Below, piece after piece: positions 37,761 through 49,974 of a stretch of 64,000 nucleotides of DNA. The stretch is from positions 21,082,001 through 21,146,000 of the forward strand of contig NC_045696.1 of NCBI RefSeq assembly GCF_009834535.1, written 5' to 3'. The notes under the pieces are model-generated. The model saw only the letters and a list, made by a program, of their open reading frames with translations. It made no database searches and had not been told where the DNA came from. The number at the start of each line of letters is the position of its first letter. Within the stretch, counting starts at the first letter, position 1. A program made the translations under genes and the position numbers. Source of the DNA: Camelus ferus (taxonomy: Eukaryota).

Positions 37761-40700
37761 TTAGATTCCACATATGAGTGATCTCATATGGTATTTTTCT
37801 TTCTCTTTCTGGCTTACTTCACTTAGAATGACATCCTCCAGGAGCATCCACGTTGCTGCAAATGGCATTATGTTGTCGGTTTTTATGGCTGAGTAGTATT
37901 CCATTGTATAAATATACCACCTCTTCTTTATCCAGTCACCTGTTGATGGACATTTAGGCTGTTTCCATGTTTTGGCTATTGTAAATAGTGCTGCTATGAA
38001 CAGTCATCCTGAAGTAGATTTCCTTCTGGATACAAGCCCAGGAGTGGGATTCCTGGGTCATATGGTAAGTCTATTCCTAGTCTTTTGAGGAATCTCCACA
38101 CTGTTTTCCATAGTGGCTGCACCAAACTGCATTCCCACCAGCAGTGTAGGAGGGTTCCCCTTTCTCCACAGCCTCTCCAGCATTTGTCATTTGTGGATTT
38201 TTGAATGACGGCCATTCTGACTGGTGTGAGGTGATACCTCATTGTAGTTTTGATTTGCATTTCTCTGATAATTAGTGATATTGAGCATTTTTTCATGTGC
38301 TTTTTGATCATTTGTATGTCTTCCTTGGAGAATTGCTTGTTTAGGTCTTCTGCCCATTTTTGGATTGGGTTGTTTATTGTTTTCTTATTGAGTCGTATGA
38401 GCTGCTTATATATTCGGAGATCAAGCCTTTGACAGTTTCACTTGCAAAAATTTTCTCCCATTCCGTAGGTTTTCTTCTTGTTTTATTTCTGGTTTCCTTT
38501 GCTGTGCAGAAGCTTGTAAGTTTCATTAGGTCCCATTTGTTTATTCTTGCTTTTATTTCTTCTAGGAGAAAATTTTTTAAATGTATGTCAGATAATGTTT
38601 TGCCTATGTTTTCCTCTAGGAGGTTTATTGTATCTTGTCTTATGTTTAAGTCTTTAATCCATTTTGAGTTGATTTTTGTATATGGTGTAAGGGAGTGTTC
38701 TAGCTTCATTGTTTTACATGCTGCTGTCCAGTTTTCCCAACACCATTTGCTGAAGAGACTGTCTTTATTCCAATGTATATTCTTGCCTCCTTTGTCAAAG
38801 ATGAGTTGACCAAAAGTTTGTGGGTTCATTTCTGGGCTCTCTATTCTGTTCCATTGGTCTATATTGGTCTGTTTTGGTACCAATACCATGCTGTCTTGAT
38901 GACTGTAGCTCTATAGTATTGTCTGAAGTCTGGGAGAGTTATTCCTCCAGCCTCTTTCTTTCTCTTCAGTAATGCTTTGGCAATTCTAGGTCTTTGATGG
39001 TTCCATATGAATTTTATTATGATTTGTTCTAGTTCTGTGAAATATGTCCTGGGTAATTGGATAGGGATTGCATTAAATCTGTAGATTGCCTTGGGCAGTG
39101 TGACCATTTTAACTATATTGATTCTTCCAATCCAAGAGCATGGAATATCTTTCCATTTTTTAAAGTCTTCTTTAATTTCCTTCATCAATGGTTTATAGTT
39201 TTCTGTGTATAATTCTTTCACCTCCTTGGTTAGATTTATTCCCAGATATTTTATTACTTTGGGTGCTATTTTAAAGGGGATTGTTTCTTTACTTTCTTCT
39301 TCTGTTGATTTATCGTTAGTGTAAAGAAATGCAACTGATTTTTGAACGTTAATTTTGTAACCTGCTACCTTGCTGAATTCTTCAATCAGCTCTAGTAGCT
39401 TTTGTGTGGACCTTTTAGGGTTTTCTATATATAGTAACATGTCATCAGCATATAATGACACTTTTACCTCTTCTTTTCCAATTTGGATCCCTTTTATTTC
39501 TTTCTCTTGCCTGACTGCTGTGGCTAGGACTTCCAGGACTATGTTGAATAGGAGTGGCGATAGTGGGCATCCTTGTCTTGTCCCAGATTTTAGTGGGAAG
39601 CTTATGAGTTTTTCACCGCTGAGTACTATGCTGGCTGTAGGTTTGTCATATATAGCTTTTATTATGTTGAGATATGTTCCCTCTATACCCACTTTGGCAA
39701 GAGTTTTTATCATAAATGGGTGTTGAATTTTATCAAATGCTTTTTCTGCATCGATTGAGATGATCATGTGGTTTTTGTCCTTTCTCTTGTTGATGTGATG
39801 TATTACACTGATTGATTTGCGTATGTTGAACCAGCCTTGTGTCCCTGGGATGAACCCCACTTGGTCATGATGTATAATCTTTTTTATGTGTTGTTGGATT
39901 CTATTTGCTAAAATTTTGGTGAGGATTTTGGCATCTATGTTCATCAGTGATATTGGCCTATAATTCTCTTTTTTTGTAGTGTCTTTGCCTGGTTTTGGTA
40001 TCAGGGTGATGGTGGCTTCATAGAATGAGTTTGGGAGTATTCCCTCCTTTTCAATCGTCTGGAAGAGTTTGAGAAGGACTGGTATGAGTTCTTCTTTGTA
40101 TGTTTGATAGAATTCCCCTGTGAAGCTGTCCGGTCCTGGACTTTTATTTGTAGGGAGGTTTTTAATTACTATTTCTATTTCCTTTCTAGTGATCAGATTG
40201 TTCAAGTGTTCAGATTGTTCTTGATTCAGTTTTGGTGGACAGTATGTTTCTAGAAACTTGTCCATCTCCTCTGGGTTATCCAGTTTGGTTCCATATAGTT
40301 TTTCATAATATTCTCGTATGATATTCTGTATTTCTATTTTGTTTGTTGTAATTTCTCCATTTTCCTTTCTTATTTTGCTAATTTGTGCTCTCTCTTTTTT
40401 CTTCTTTGTGAGTTTGGCCAGAGGTTTGTCGATTTTATTTACTTTTTCAAAAAACCAGCTTTTGGTTTGGTTGATTTTTTCTATGGTCTTGTTAATCTCT
40501 ATTGTATTTAATTCCTCTCTGATCTTTATTATTTCCTTCCTTCTGCTGCTTTTTGGGGCTTTTTGTTCTTCTTTTTCTAATTCATTAAGGTGGTGGGTTA
40601 AATTGTTTATTTGAGATTGTTCTTCTTTTTTGAGGAAGGCCTGTATCGCTATAAACTTCCCTCTTAGCACTGTCTTTGCTGTGTCCCATAGGTTTTGAGT

Positions 40701-41546
40701 GGTTGTGCTTTCATTATCATTTGTCTCAAGGTATTTTTTAATTTCAACTTTGATTTCCTCATTGATCCATTGTTTTTTCCATAACATATTGTTTAATCTC
40801 CATGCTTTCCTTTTTTTCTCCTTTGTTTCTCTGTTGTTGATTTCCAGTTTCATGGCATTGTGGTCAGTAAAGATGCTTGAGATAATTTCTATCTTCTTAA
40901 AATTGTTGAGGTTTCTTTTGTGCCCAAGTACACGATTGATCCTGGAAAATGTTCCATGTGCACTTGAAAAGAATGTATATCCTATTTTTGGGGGGTGTAA
41001 TGCTCTGAAAATATCCACCAAATCTAGTTTTTCTATTGTAGTATTTAATTTCTCTGTTGCCTTGTTTATTTTCTGTCTGGAAGATCTGTCTAGTGATGTT
41101 AATGCAGTGTTAAAATCTCCAACTATGATTGTATTCCCATCAATATCCCCCTTTATCTCTGTTAGTAATTCTTGTATGTACTTAGGTGCTCCTATATTGG
41201 GTGCATATATATTAACGAGTGTAATATCCTCATCTTGTATCACTCCTTTAATCATTATAAAATGTCCTTCTTTATCTTTCTTTATGGCCTTTGTTTTAAA
41301 GTCTATTTTGTCTGAAATCAGTACTGCAACACCTGCTTTTTTGGTTTTTCCATTTGCATGGAATATCCTTTTCCATCCTTTCACTCTCAATCTATATGTG
41401 TCCTTCTCCCTAAAGTGGGTCTCTTGTATGCAGCATATTGAAGGTTCTTGCTTTATTATCCAGTCTGCCACTCTGTGTCTTTTGACTGGAGCATTTAGTC
41501 CATTAACATTTACAGTAATCAATGATAGATGTGTGTTTATTGCCAT
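37761..41546 (-). pseudogene. L1 ORF2p (APE endonuclease, reverse transcriptase, CCHC domain), frameshifted in the C-terminal third
   Basis: 895-aa ORF 38859-41546 (NVNGLN, QET, GDFN, TDHN, QGCPLSP, YADD). Continues in other frames at 38374-38889 and 37994-38311 (CWRGC...HCWWEC) and ends ...LICGI-TAA at 37761-37763. Confidence 0.95.
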
Positions 41547-41950
41547 TTTGAACTTATCTTTGCAGTTGAATTGGTATATCCTCTTTGTTCCTTTCTTCTT
41601 CCTTTTGTGGTTTGGTAATTTTCCTTTGTATTATCATGGATTTTATTTAATTTTTGTGACTCCTTTGTAAATTTTTGGCTTGTGGTTACCCTTTTTTGTA
41701 AATCTATCAACCCATTACTATAACTGTTTTTATTAAACTGATAGTAACATGATCTCAAACCCATCCTACTGTTAAAAAAATTTAAAAAAGAAAGAAAAAA
41801 ATATTCTATATTTACCTGCCTCCCTCTCCCACTCTCAGTGATTTGTATGTCTTCTTTTATAATTTCATGTTTACTTTATTTGTAATTCATGAGTTATCAC
41901 CTTTCCAGTTGTGTGTTTCTCATTTCTGTAGCATCCTGCTGCTTTTCTAT

Positions 41951-42856
41951 TTAGAATAGCCCTTTCAATATTTCTTTTAGCATGGGTTTAGTGTTGCTAA
42001 ACTCCTGCAGCTTTTTTTTTTTGTCTGTGAAACTCTTTATTTCTCCTTCTATCCTCAAGGATAGCCTTGCTGGATAAAGGATCCTAGGCTGCATCTTTTT
42101 TTCATTCAAGGCTTTGAATATATCTTGCCACTCCCTTCTGGCCTATAGTGTTTGTGTAGAGAAATCAGCTGAGAGCCTTATGGGGGTTCCCTTGTAACTT
42201 ACTCTTTGCTTTTCTCTTGCTGCCTTTAGAATCATTTCTTTATCCTTGACTCTGGCCATCTTGATTATGATATGTCTTGGTGTGGGTCTATTTGGGTTCT
42301 TCCTGTTTGGGACCCTCTGAGCTTCCTGTACTTGGATATCTGATTCCTTCTTTAAATTTGGGAAGTTTTCAGTCATGATTTCTTCAAAAACCTTTTCAAT
42401 CCCCTTTGATCTTTCTTCTCCTTCTGGGACCCCTATTATGCGAAGATTGGGACGCTTTATATTATCTCATAGGTCCCTTATGCTATTTTCATTATTTTTT
42501 ATTTGCTTCTCTTGTAGTTCTTCTGAATGGGTGCTTTCTATTGCCCTGTCTTCTAGATCACTAATTCATTCCTCTGCATTATCTAGTCGGCTTTGCACAG
42601 CTATTAGATCATTCCTCATCTCTGTCAATGAGTTTACCCATTCTACTTGGCTCTTCTTTATAGCTTCAATTTCATTTTTGACATATTTTATATCTCTAAA
42701 CACTATCTCTTTAAATTCCTTCAGCAATTCGATCACTCCTTTTTTGAAGTCTTGACCTAGTAGGCTATCGATGTCTATTTCGTTGATCTTTCTTTCAGGG
42801 GATTTCTCTTGTTCTTTTAATTGGGAAAGGTTTTTCTGCTTCTTCATCTTGCTCAT
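41951..42856 (-). pseudogene. L1 ORF1p (coiled-coil, RRM, CTD) with three premature stops
   Basis: Single frame from ATG 42856 to TAA 41951-41953. Motifs NIKRPNLRIIGVPEGEE, ENFPNL, PRHIIIK, ILKAAREK, PIRLSADFS, ARREW, YPARL. Stops at 42566-42568, 42467-42469 and 42143-42145. Confidence 0.93.
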
Positions 42857-43299
42857 ACCTCTTTGGCACTGTGGTTTATGGAGTATCAGTTGTTTATTTT
42901 GGTCCTTAAGGATTTTATCTATCTGATGCCTATTTAGGAATAGAACTTAGGAAAAAAAGAAAAAAAAATAAGAGAGAGAGAGAAAATTTTAAAAGAAGGG
43001 AGAAAGAGGGTTTGAAAACAGTGTATAATGAATAATAGAAGAGTGAGTTGAAGCAGAGTATTAATCGGGTTGAGACGTCCTTTTGAAACCTTTACAAAAA
43101 AAGGTGGGGGGGAGATGAATAGATGTATTTGAAACCTGTGTCTAATCAATAGCAGGACATCAAAACCCAAGAGAAATAGAAATGAATTAAGAAGTAAAGA
43201 TTAAGAGAGTAATAGAAAATAGAACAGGTAAAAACAGATTAAAAAAAAGGGGGGGGGGGGTTTGTCGGTGTTCTCCTGGAGTCTGTGTGCTTTTAATGT

Positions 43300-44525
43300 G
43301 AAGTCTTTCTGTCTTCGTCCTGTTTTGGAAGCTCAGCTTGCTGTTTCCAGAGGCCCTCCGTTGGCGCCCTCTTCTGTGCTGCTCCCAGCACCTGTCGGCA
43401 AGCAGATCGTGCCTCCTCCTAACACTGGGTCATGTGCAGCTCTCTGCTGTGGGCGGGCGAGTCGCTGCCCCTCCGGATGCCGCAGTCAGATGTTGCAGAC
43501 TGGCCGGGTAGGAGGGCGGGTCGTGCCCCCTCCCAGCACCTCGGTCAGGGGCTGTGTTCCTGCCCGAAAGGCAGGGGGCCGCTCTCGCTCTACCTGCGCC
43601 GCAGCCGGTAGCACTGCTGCTCTGTGCGGCTGTGCGCTCCACCCTGGTCGGCGCTCTGTAGGTGGGCTCGGGGAAGACCGAGGGACAGCCCTGTCCCTGC
43701 TCCGAGCAAAAACCCAGTTCCTTGTTTGTCTTTGTGGAGCAAGTTCTCTGAGGGACCAGGATGGAAGGATCCTATCTGCCCTGGGCTGCAGGCCAGTCTC
43801 AGTCTGGCCTTTGAGGCTGCTAAGCCCTTCGGTGCGGATGCAGGTTTCGCCCCCGCCCGAGTGCTCAGCGCGGAGGATATCGTGGCTGTGCCTGAGCCCC
43901 GCGTCTCTTCCCCCGAAAACTTTCCGCGGGTTTTCAGAGATGGGGGTGTGCACCCTTCCCCCGTGAGCACATCAACCTTGCTGTTTTATGGAGGGCCCAG
44001 GTTGTTCTGCCCTGTGCACCCACAGCCACGGCGTGCAGCCCCTTGCGTTCCCCCGGGGCTGCCTCCGTGCAGCCACTTCCGTCCTCCGCCCGGCTTGTGC
44101 AGCCTGGCCCTGCCCGCGGCTGCCGGCCCGCGTCTCAGGCTGGGTGTCGGGGGGACGCTCTGTGCCCGTTTAACTTAGTTCTGTCAGTCAAGGGCTGCTC
44201 TGTACAGATCCGAGCCTCGGAGGCTCCCCCTTCGTCCCGCTGGCCTCTCAGTGGGAGAGGGGAGACCCAGCGAGCGAGCGCCAGTCCTCCTTTGCCGCTC
44301 CCTCCCCGCGGGACCCGTCTGGCGCTGCTTTGCCTTTTGTTCTTTCTTTTTTCCTTTTCTCCTACCAGATTTTTGGCGTCTTTATCTTTTGAAGAGGGCG
44401 ATGTTCTGTCGGAGTTCCACAGGTGCTCTGGTTGGCTGAGTGGGTCTGTAGATGTGGGTCTTGGTGTATTTGTGGGAGAGGGTGACCTGCGAGCGTCCTT
44501 CTACTCTGCCATCTTCTCCGTCTTC
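43300..44525 (-). promoter_or_regulatory. L1 5' UTR internal Pol II promoter, CpG-island-like
   Basis: Only GC/CpG-rich segment in the window. YY1 core AAGATGGC at 44508-44515, about 11 nt from the element's 5' end, as in other mammalian L1s. Confidence 0.85.
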
Positions 44526-44541
44526 TGAGCCTGGTAATTTT
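44526..44541. repeat. Target-site duplication, right copy, ending at a TTTT/AAAAA EN site
   Basis: TGAGCCTGGTAATTTT followed by AAAAA. Confidence 0.95.
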
Positions 44542-47500
44542 AAAAATGGTTAAAAGCCACATATCTTCAAAAAATCATGCAGTCTATTTTTTCCCATTTT
44601 TCACATGATAATAATTTGCAAAGTTTTTTTTTCTTTTTAATGCTTATAAACTTAAAATTTAAAAGAAAAGTTAAATCTAAAGACATGTCCTCAAAGTTAT
44701 AAAAACTGCCATGAAAACATTGGCAGCATATAGTGATTGACAGACAGAATATGAGTGTAGGGTGCCAAAGAACTGGAAATCAAATAGGATTCTAAAGACA
44801 TCAAATAAGTTTGTCATTATTACTTTTAATAATGATGTCGAAGTTATAGTTTCTTTTGCATATGGGACAATTTTTTTGTTGTTGTTGTGTCTTTTTTTAA
44901 ATTTAAACATTGCAACTCTAGTTTTAATTTTAACAAAAAATTATGTATATAGACATCATGTGTCAGGCCCTATATTAGAATTTGAGCTACTAGTAATAAT
45001 AACTAAATTGTCTACAGATCATTGGTTGATCCTTGTGTTTCTCTGAACATTACAGCTTATATAACAGCCTACTCTTTTGCATCAACTCTTTATAAACTTT
45101 CCTTGTAATGTTACCTTTAACAGATCATCCTCTGGAAAGGCTTTGATACTTACAGTAATAATTAGACTCCAGTTCCTATTCCAGCTGGACACCATCATAC
45201 AGTTTTGCAGAAGAGACCGACATTAGAAAAATCATAACAACATCTATTTAGTAGTGAAAGAATCACTTGAGAGATGATGTCACTGATACTGAGATGCAAA
45301 GAGAAAAACATTCAAGATTAGAATGTATAGCATGAATGAGTATTTCACCACAAATGAGGAAAGTAAAGGGTAAATACTGAAAGGCAAGGAGAAGATACCA
45401 CTTTAGATATGAAATATTATCTTAAACCACTTTTAGGAGAAAAAACATACTTTGAAGCAGCAGACCTCTGAAGAAAGATTATTGTCATATTGCTTTAAAA
45501 AGACCTGAAATGTATTCTCACTGAAAGAAATCATAAAATTGTCTTCCCTGGAGTTCTGAGAATGAAATAGAATAATAAAGTGTCTTAAGTGTTCGGGAAA
45601 GGAGATAGACTAATTGCATTCTCAAGGTCTTTCCCAAACCTATAATTTTATGAATACTTCATTAGTGTTAGTCATATTAAATAAAAACTGTCATAGAACA
45701 AAAATTAATTTCCATGGTCATTGAAGTTACATTTTTACCCATAGTAACTTCCTTTTCTGGCAATTTCAGAAGAGCTAATAACACAATCAATAAAAAAGTA
45801 CTACATGGTTAAAGAAAAATAGGTTTAAAATTGACACCCAAATATTTAACAAAGGAACAAAGTTTTACATGAGTTCTATTTAAAATACATTCTTTGAATG
45901 TATTGGAAGAAAATATAGAAAAAAACCAAGCAATATATATGAATATTATTCAATTTTACTGAAATTCCTATTTGTCTAGAAATATTTCTTTTAATAATAC
46001 TTTAACAACTATTTTATAATGCTTTACAATTAGGCAAAATGCTTTCACATATGTTTGCATATGCAGTTTCATAAAAATGATCTATCTATAAACCTTCATT
46101 CCAAAGAGCTCCATGGGTCCAGCTGGAATACATTAGGAGCCACCAGAGCAGGCTTGCTCCATTTAATTAAGAACAACTCCATTTTCTTCTGTAGTGTTTT
46201 AATTTTGCATTATTTATAAAATTTTACTTTCAAAAAGTCCAACTGCATATAAAAATTTATTGGACACGCTTCTTTATAGTGATTTGGGCAACTCCCAAAA
46301 CAGACTGAAAAATGCAAATATGGTACGTAATTACTACACTTGCAACTATGGGAATTATAAACTCCTTGAATAAAGGCTTTGATATTACATTTTTTATAAG
46401 AGCAACATCTTCATTTAATATAGCATGTTTTAAATACACAAAATTAACCAAATTAAAAATGCTATATATGGATTATGGAAATCTGTGTTTAAATAAACAT
46501 GTTGTTCTAAATTCTAATTTTTAATATTTACTAAAATTATTTATAGATGATTAATATTTAATTGTAGGTTTTCCAAGTTAGTGGCTGTATTTTCTACTTT
46601 CAACTATTTTAATATTTTCAAGAAATTATAGCAGTTTTATTTTAAATGGGCTTAGTTTTCCAAAATTAATGAAAATATAACCATCACCATTAATTTGAAA
46701 CACTATAAATATCTAATAAGTGAGACATCTTCACATAATTAGAGGAAAGCCACAAACTGTTCCATTTCCTGGTCAATCAATATGAAGTTATCCTGAACAA
46801 GTGTCGGATGACCTCTGAAAACGTGACCCTTTTGGTAATTATACTGATGTTAATAAAGTTAGACAATCTCCATTTAATTTGACCTTATAGTGGAATTAGG
46901 ATTGAATATCAAATAAAAAGATGCAATTAAGAATTAAATGAAATGCTTTAATATTTTGAACCTGAAATATCTTTTTAATCTAACCTCTTTTAAAATTCAG
47001 ATCCCTTTGTTCTCTAATGAAAAGCAATAGTAAAGGTTAAAACACAATGGAAAAAAGAGAAAGATAAGGCGTGAGAAGAAGCAAGGAATGATTTTTAAAG
47101 AAAATGTATTTTTAATCTATAAAATATGTGTTTAAAAGTATAATACAATATTCTATTTTGTTCTGTGGTGTAGGGATTCACCATTTCATCGACATTTATA
47201 TATTTGTATTTATATATGCTCCTCTTTTATGAAAGCTGTCATGTCAAGAACAAAATTAATTAAAATGTTCATTTTATATTTTGTCAAGTGAAAGTTTCAT
47301 AATTAAAACAAATCCTTATAATTTTTAAGATACTTTAAAGCATTAATCAGATAGTAATGCCAATGGTTGTCAAGCCTGACTATCTGATACTATTTCTTGA
47401 ATACTTCATACATCAAACAGAAATGAAGACCTGCTCCTAATATTACACAATTGATGTGAGATAAAAATGAAAAGACCCATTCCTAATCACGTTCTCTAAG

Positions 47501-48549
47501 CAGGACTGGACTTTTATTTCTCTTAGTGTGGTGACCGTCCTGTATTTCTGTTATGAGTGGTGTTGATGATAACCAAATACATTTTTTCCTTTCTTATCTA
47601 AGACTGGCTGTTGTCTGTTGTTCTACAGAAATATTTTGACATAAGAAAGTTACATGTCCTTATGCCACTGCCTAAGGCATAAATCCTGAAGGATGTCCCT
47701 CAACCTAAGGGACATACATGAATATGCAGGCAATATTTCCCATATATTTGTGTCTTTTAAAATTGTTGTGTCTTTTTCCATTTGAGAAAAATAGATTGGA
47801 GATCTAAAATTAGTATGAAAATGAATCAGGTATGATGAAGAGTATGAAAATGAATAATATGAAAATTAATTTATGATGCAAAAATATTTCTACTGATGCT
47901 TTTTTCTCTCCTAATATAGAAACTTAGTTTTGTTTGTTTGTTTTGATTTTGGTTTTTAGTTTTTGGTTTTGGCTTTTTACTTATCTATTAAATAACATGT
48001 GAACTACCCTAGTTGGGTTTTTTTTTGCTTTACACTTTTCCATTTGACTTAGTTTTAATACTACTTTGTAATTCCTGAAAACACTTCAGACATTTCATAT
48101 TGTACAGATTTGGATTGCTACATTCAGTTAATTCACACATCCATGTATGGTTTCCTTGTTTGAGAATCTTTCCCTTTTTGGAGATACTTTTAAAATTTCA
48201 TTTTGAGAAAACAGAAGTAGTGGCTGAATGAATTAACTAATGTATCACTTTTTTAACCATAGCTGCAAACTTGCTTGACAGATAATGTTATCCCCAAATC
48301 AACCTTAGCTGCACAGGGACTCCATCTGCTTATTGCATGCTTCTGTCTCCTGTGTAAATTCAGAACCATGTTCTCTTACAAAGAATTTATTTCCACTCAA
48401 GTAGGCAGAATCAATGGATCAACTGCTACAACTTTTAATACTTGTACTCTTGACCAGAGCCTGTGATTTGTATTTACAATCCACAATCCATGACAACTTT
48501 CAGGCCCTTTAGATCTGTCTGTATCTTTAAAAAAAAAATGTATATGTAT

Positions 48550-48604
48550 ACACACACACACAGACACACACACACACAGACACACACGCACACACACACA
48601 CACA
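48550..48604. repeat. Interrupted (CA)n microsatellite
   Basis: CA run with GA/CG interruptions. Confidence 0.95.
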
Positions 48605-49974
48605 TATATAGTTAATACAATGTAATACTTTTAAGCTAAACTTCTGTCACTAACACTACAACCTATTTCTTCGGGTATTTTAACTAATTTAGTATAATAA
48701 TATAAATTACAAATATTTTCATATTTTTATCTCAAAACATTAATATCTTCTAATTATTTCTACCCACTATTCAAGGACATTTTAAAAATATATTGTTAGT
48801 GAAGATTCTTGAGGAACATGGTTATTCCTAAGTTCACCTAAAAAAAGAGAAAACAATGCTGATGTATCATTTTTCACCATTTTCATTGGAAACGATTAGT
48901 AACACGAAATAAATAGTGACTGCAGAGTTAGCCAAGGTTGGGAAAATAAGCAGTTTTTGGATAGAAATTTACAAGTATGTCCAAAAATGCTTCCTCTCCA
49001 TATAAGAAATTGTAGTCTTGGGTCTTTTTTCCCTCCAGAAATATTAATAAATTACAAAATGCATGTTAATGAATACTCATTCCAATAGAATATAACTAGT
49101 GATATGTTGAAAACAACCTAAATATTCATTTTTGAGGGAGTTGCTTAAATAAATGACAGTATACTTATGTAATTAAAAGATAAAATGACTCAAACAAAAA
49201 TATTAGAGTGATAGATTAAGGAGGTATTTGTGCAAGAACAGGGAAAGAAGCCCATTAGGTATAAGGCAAAAATCAGCATACAAGAGTATTTGTAAAATGA
49301 TTACTTTCCAACATGTTATTTTTATTTAAAATATAAGCATGGAAATGAATTCTGATGGGTCATACTTCTTAAGTTTGCTAACTTTTAAAGTGTCAGATTG
49401 GGTGGGGTGGTAGTCTGGGTGTGGGTGTGTGGGTCAACATTTACTTTCTCTTTTGCAGTGTTTTTTATCATATGATGTTTTATATTTATAATTAGAAAAT
49501 AATATCAATATATTTCCAGTTCAAAAGTGAAAGACACATTCTTAACTGTGATTTGTTAAGTTCATGTGCTAGTGTTAATTTAAAAAGCCAAAAAATATTA
49601 CTACAAAGAAATGTGGTATTTATTTACTATAAAGATGTAATTATTACGTTTATTACCTTATTTTGTTTCCTCTCTAAGAAACTAAGTGAACACTTTTGAT
49701 AAGGCTTTAATAGAGGGCATTTCTATTCTTTTTCTGAAGAATTTTGTTTTGTTCTGTTTAGTTTTCCTTTTGGGTACTCAGTCTTGTAAACTGACCACAT
49801 ATTTCTCATTGCCAGACATAATAGACTAAATATTGTTTCCCAACTCTAGCAGATAAGTTCAAGTGCATGACATGACTTATGTGTACCACACAAAAACTTG
49901 GCTCCAACTTATTGCCTGTCCTTGTTTTCCCCTCCCCTCAGCTTTAATTTATGTGTCACTGCCTTTTTCTAAAT

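Larger units (their letters stand above)
37439..44525 (-). mobile_element. Full-length LINE-1 (young camelid-type family), inactivated
   Basis: 5' UTR + ORF1 + ~400-bp inter-ORF spacer + ORF2 + 3' UTR with AATAAA (37454-37459) and A-tail; 16-bp TSD; TTTT/AA endonuclease site. Confidence 0.98.

Noticed and set aside
40699..41670. 323-aa plus-strand ORF, and similar ORFs at 39370, 40318, 38360, 42375 and 32809
   Set aside because: Antisense shadows of the A-rich L1 ORFs; Phe/Leu/Ser/Ile-biased with no domain signature.
43300..44525. CpG island as a host gene promoter
   Set aside because: It lies wholly within the TSD-bounded L1 and is its 5' UTR.
43262..44528. Long overlapping ORFs of 126-234 aa in the 5' UTR
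   Set aside because: Those whose starts I checked (43262, 43624, 43953) begin at TTG/GTG, and long ORFs are expected in stop-poor GC-rich sequence.
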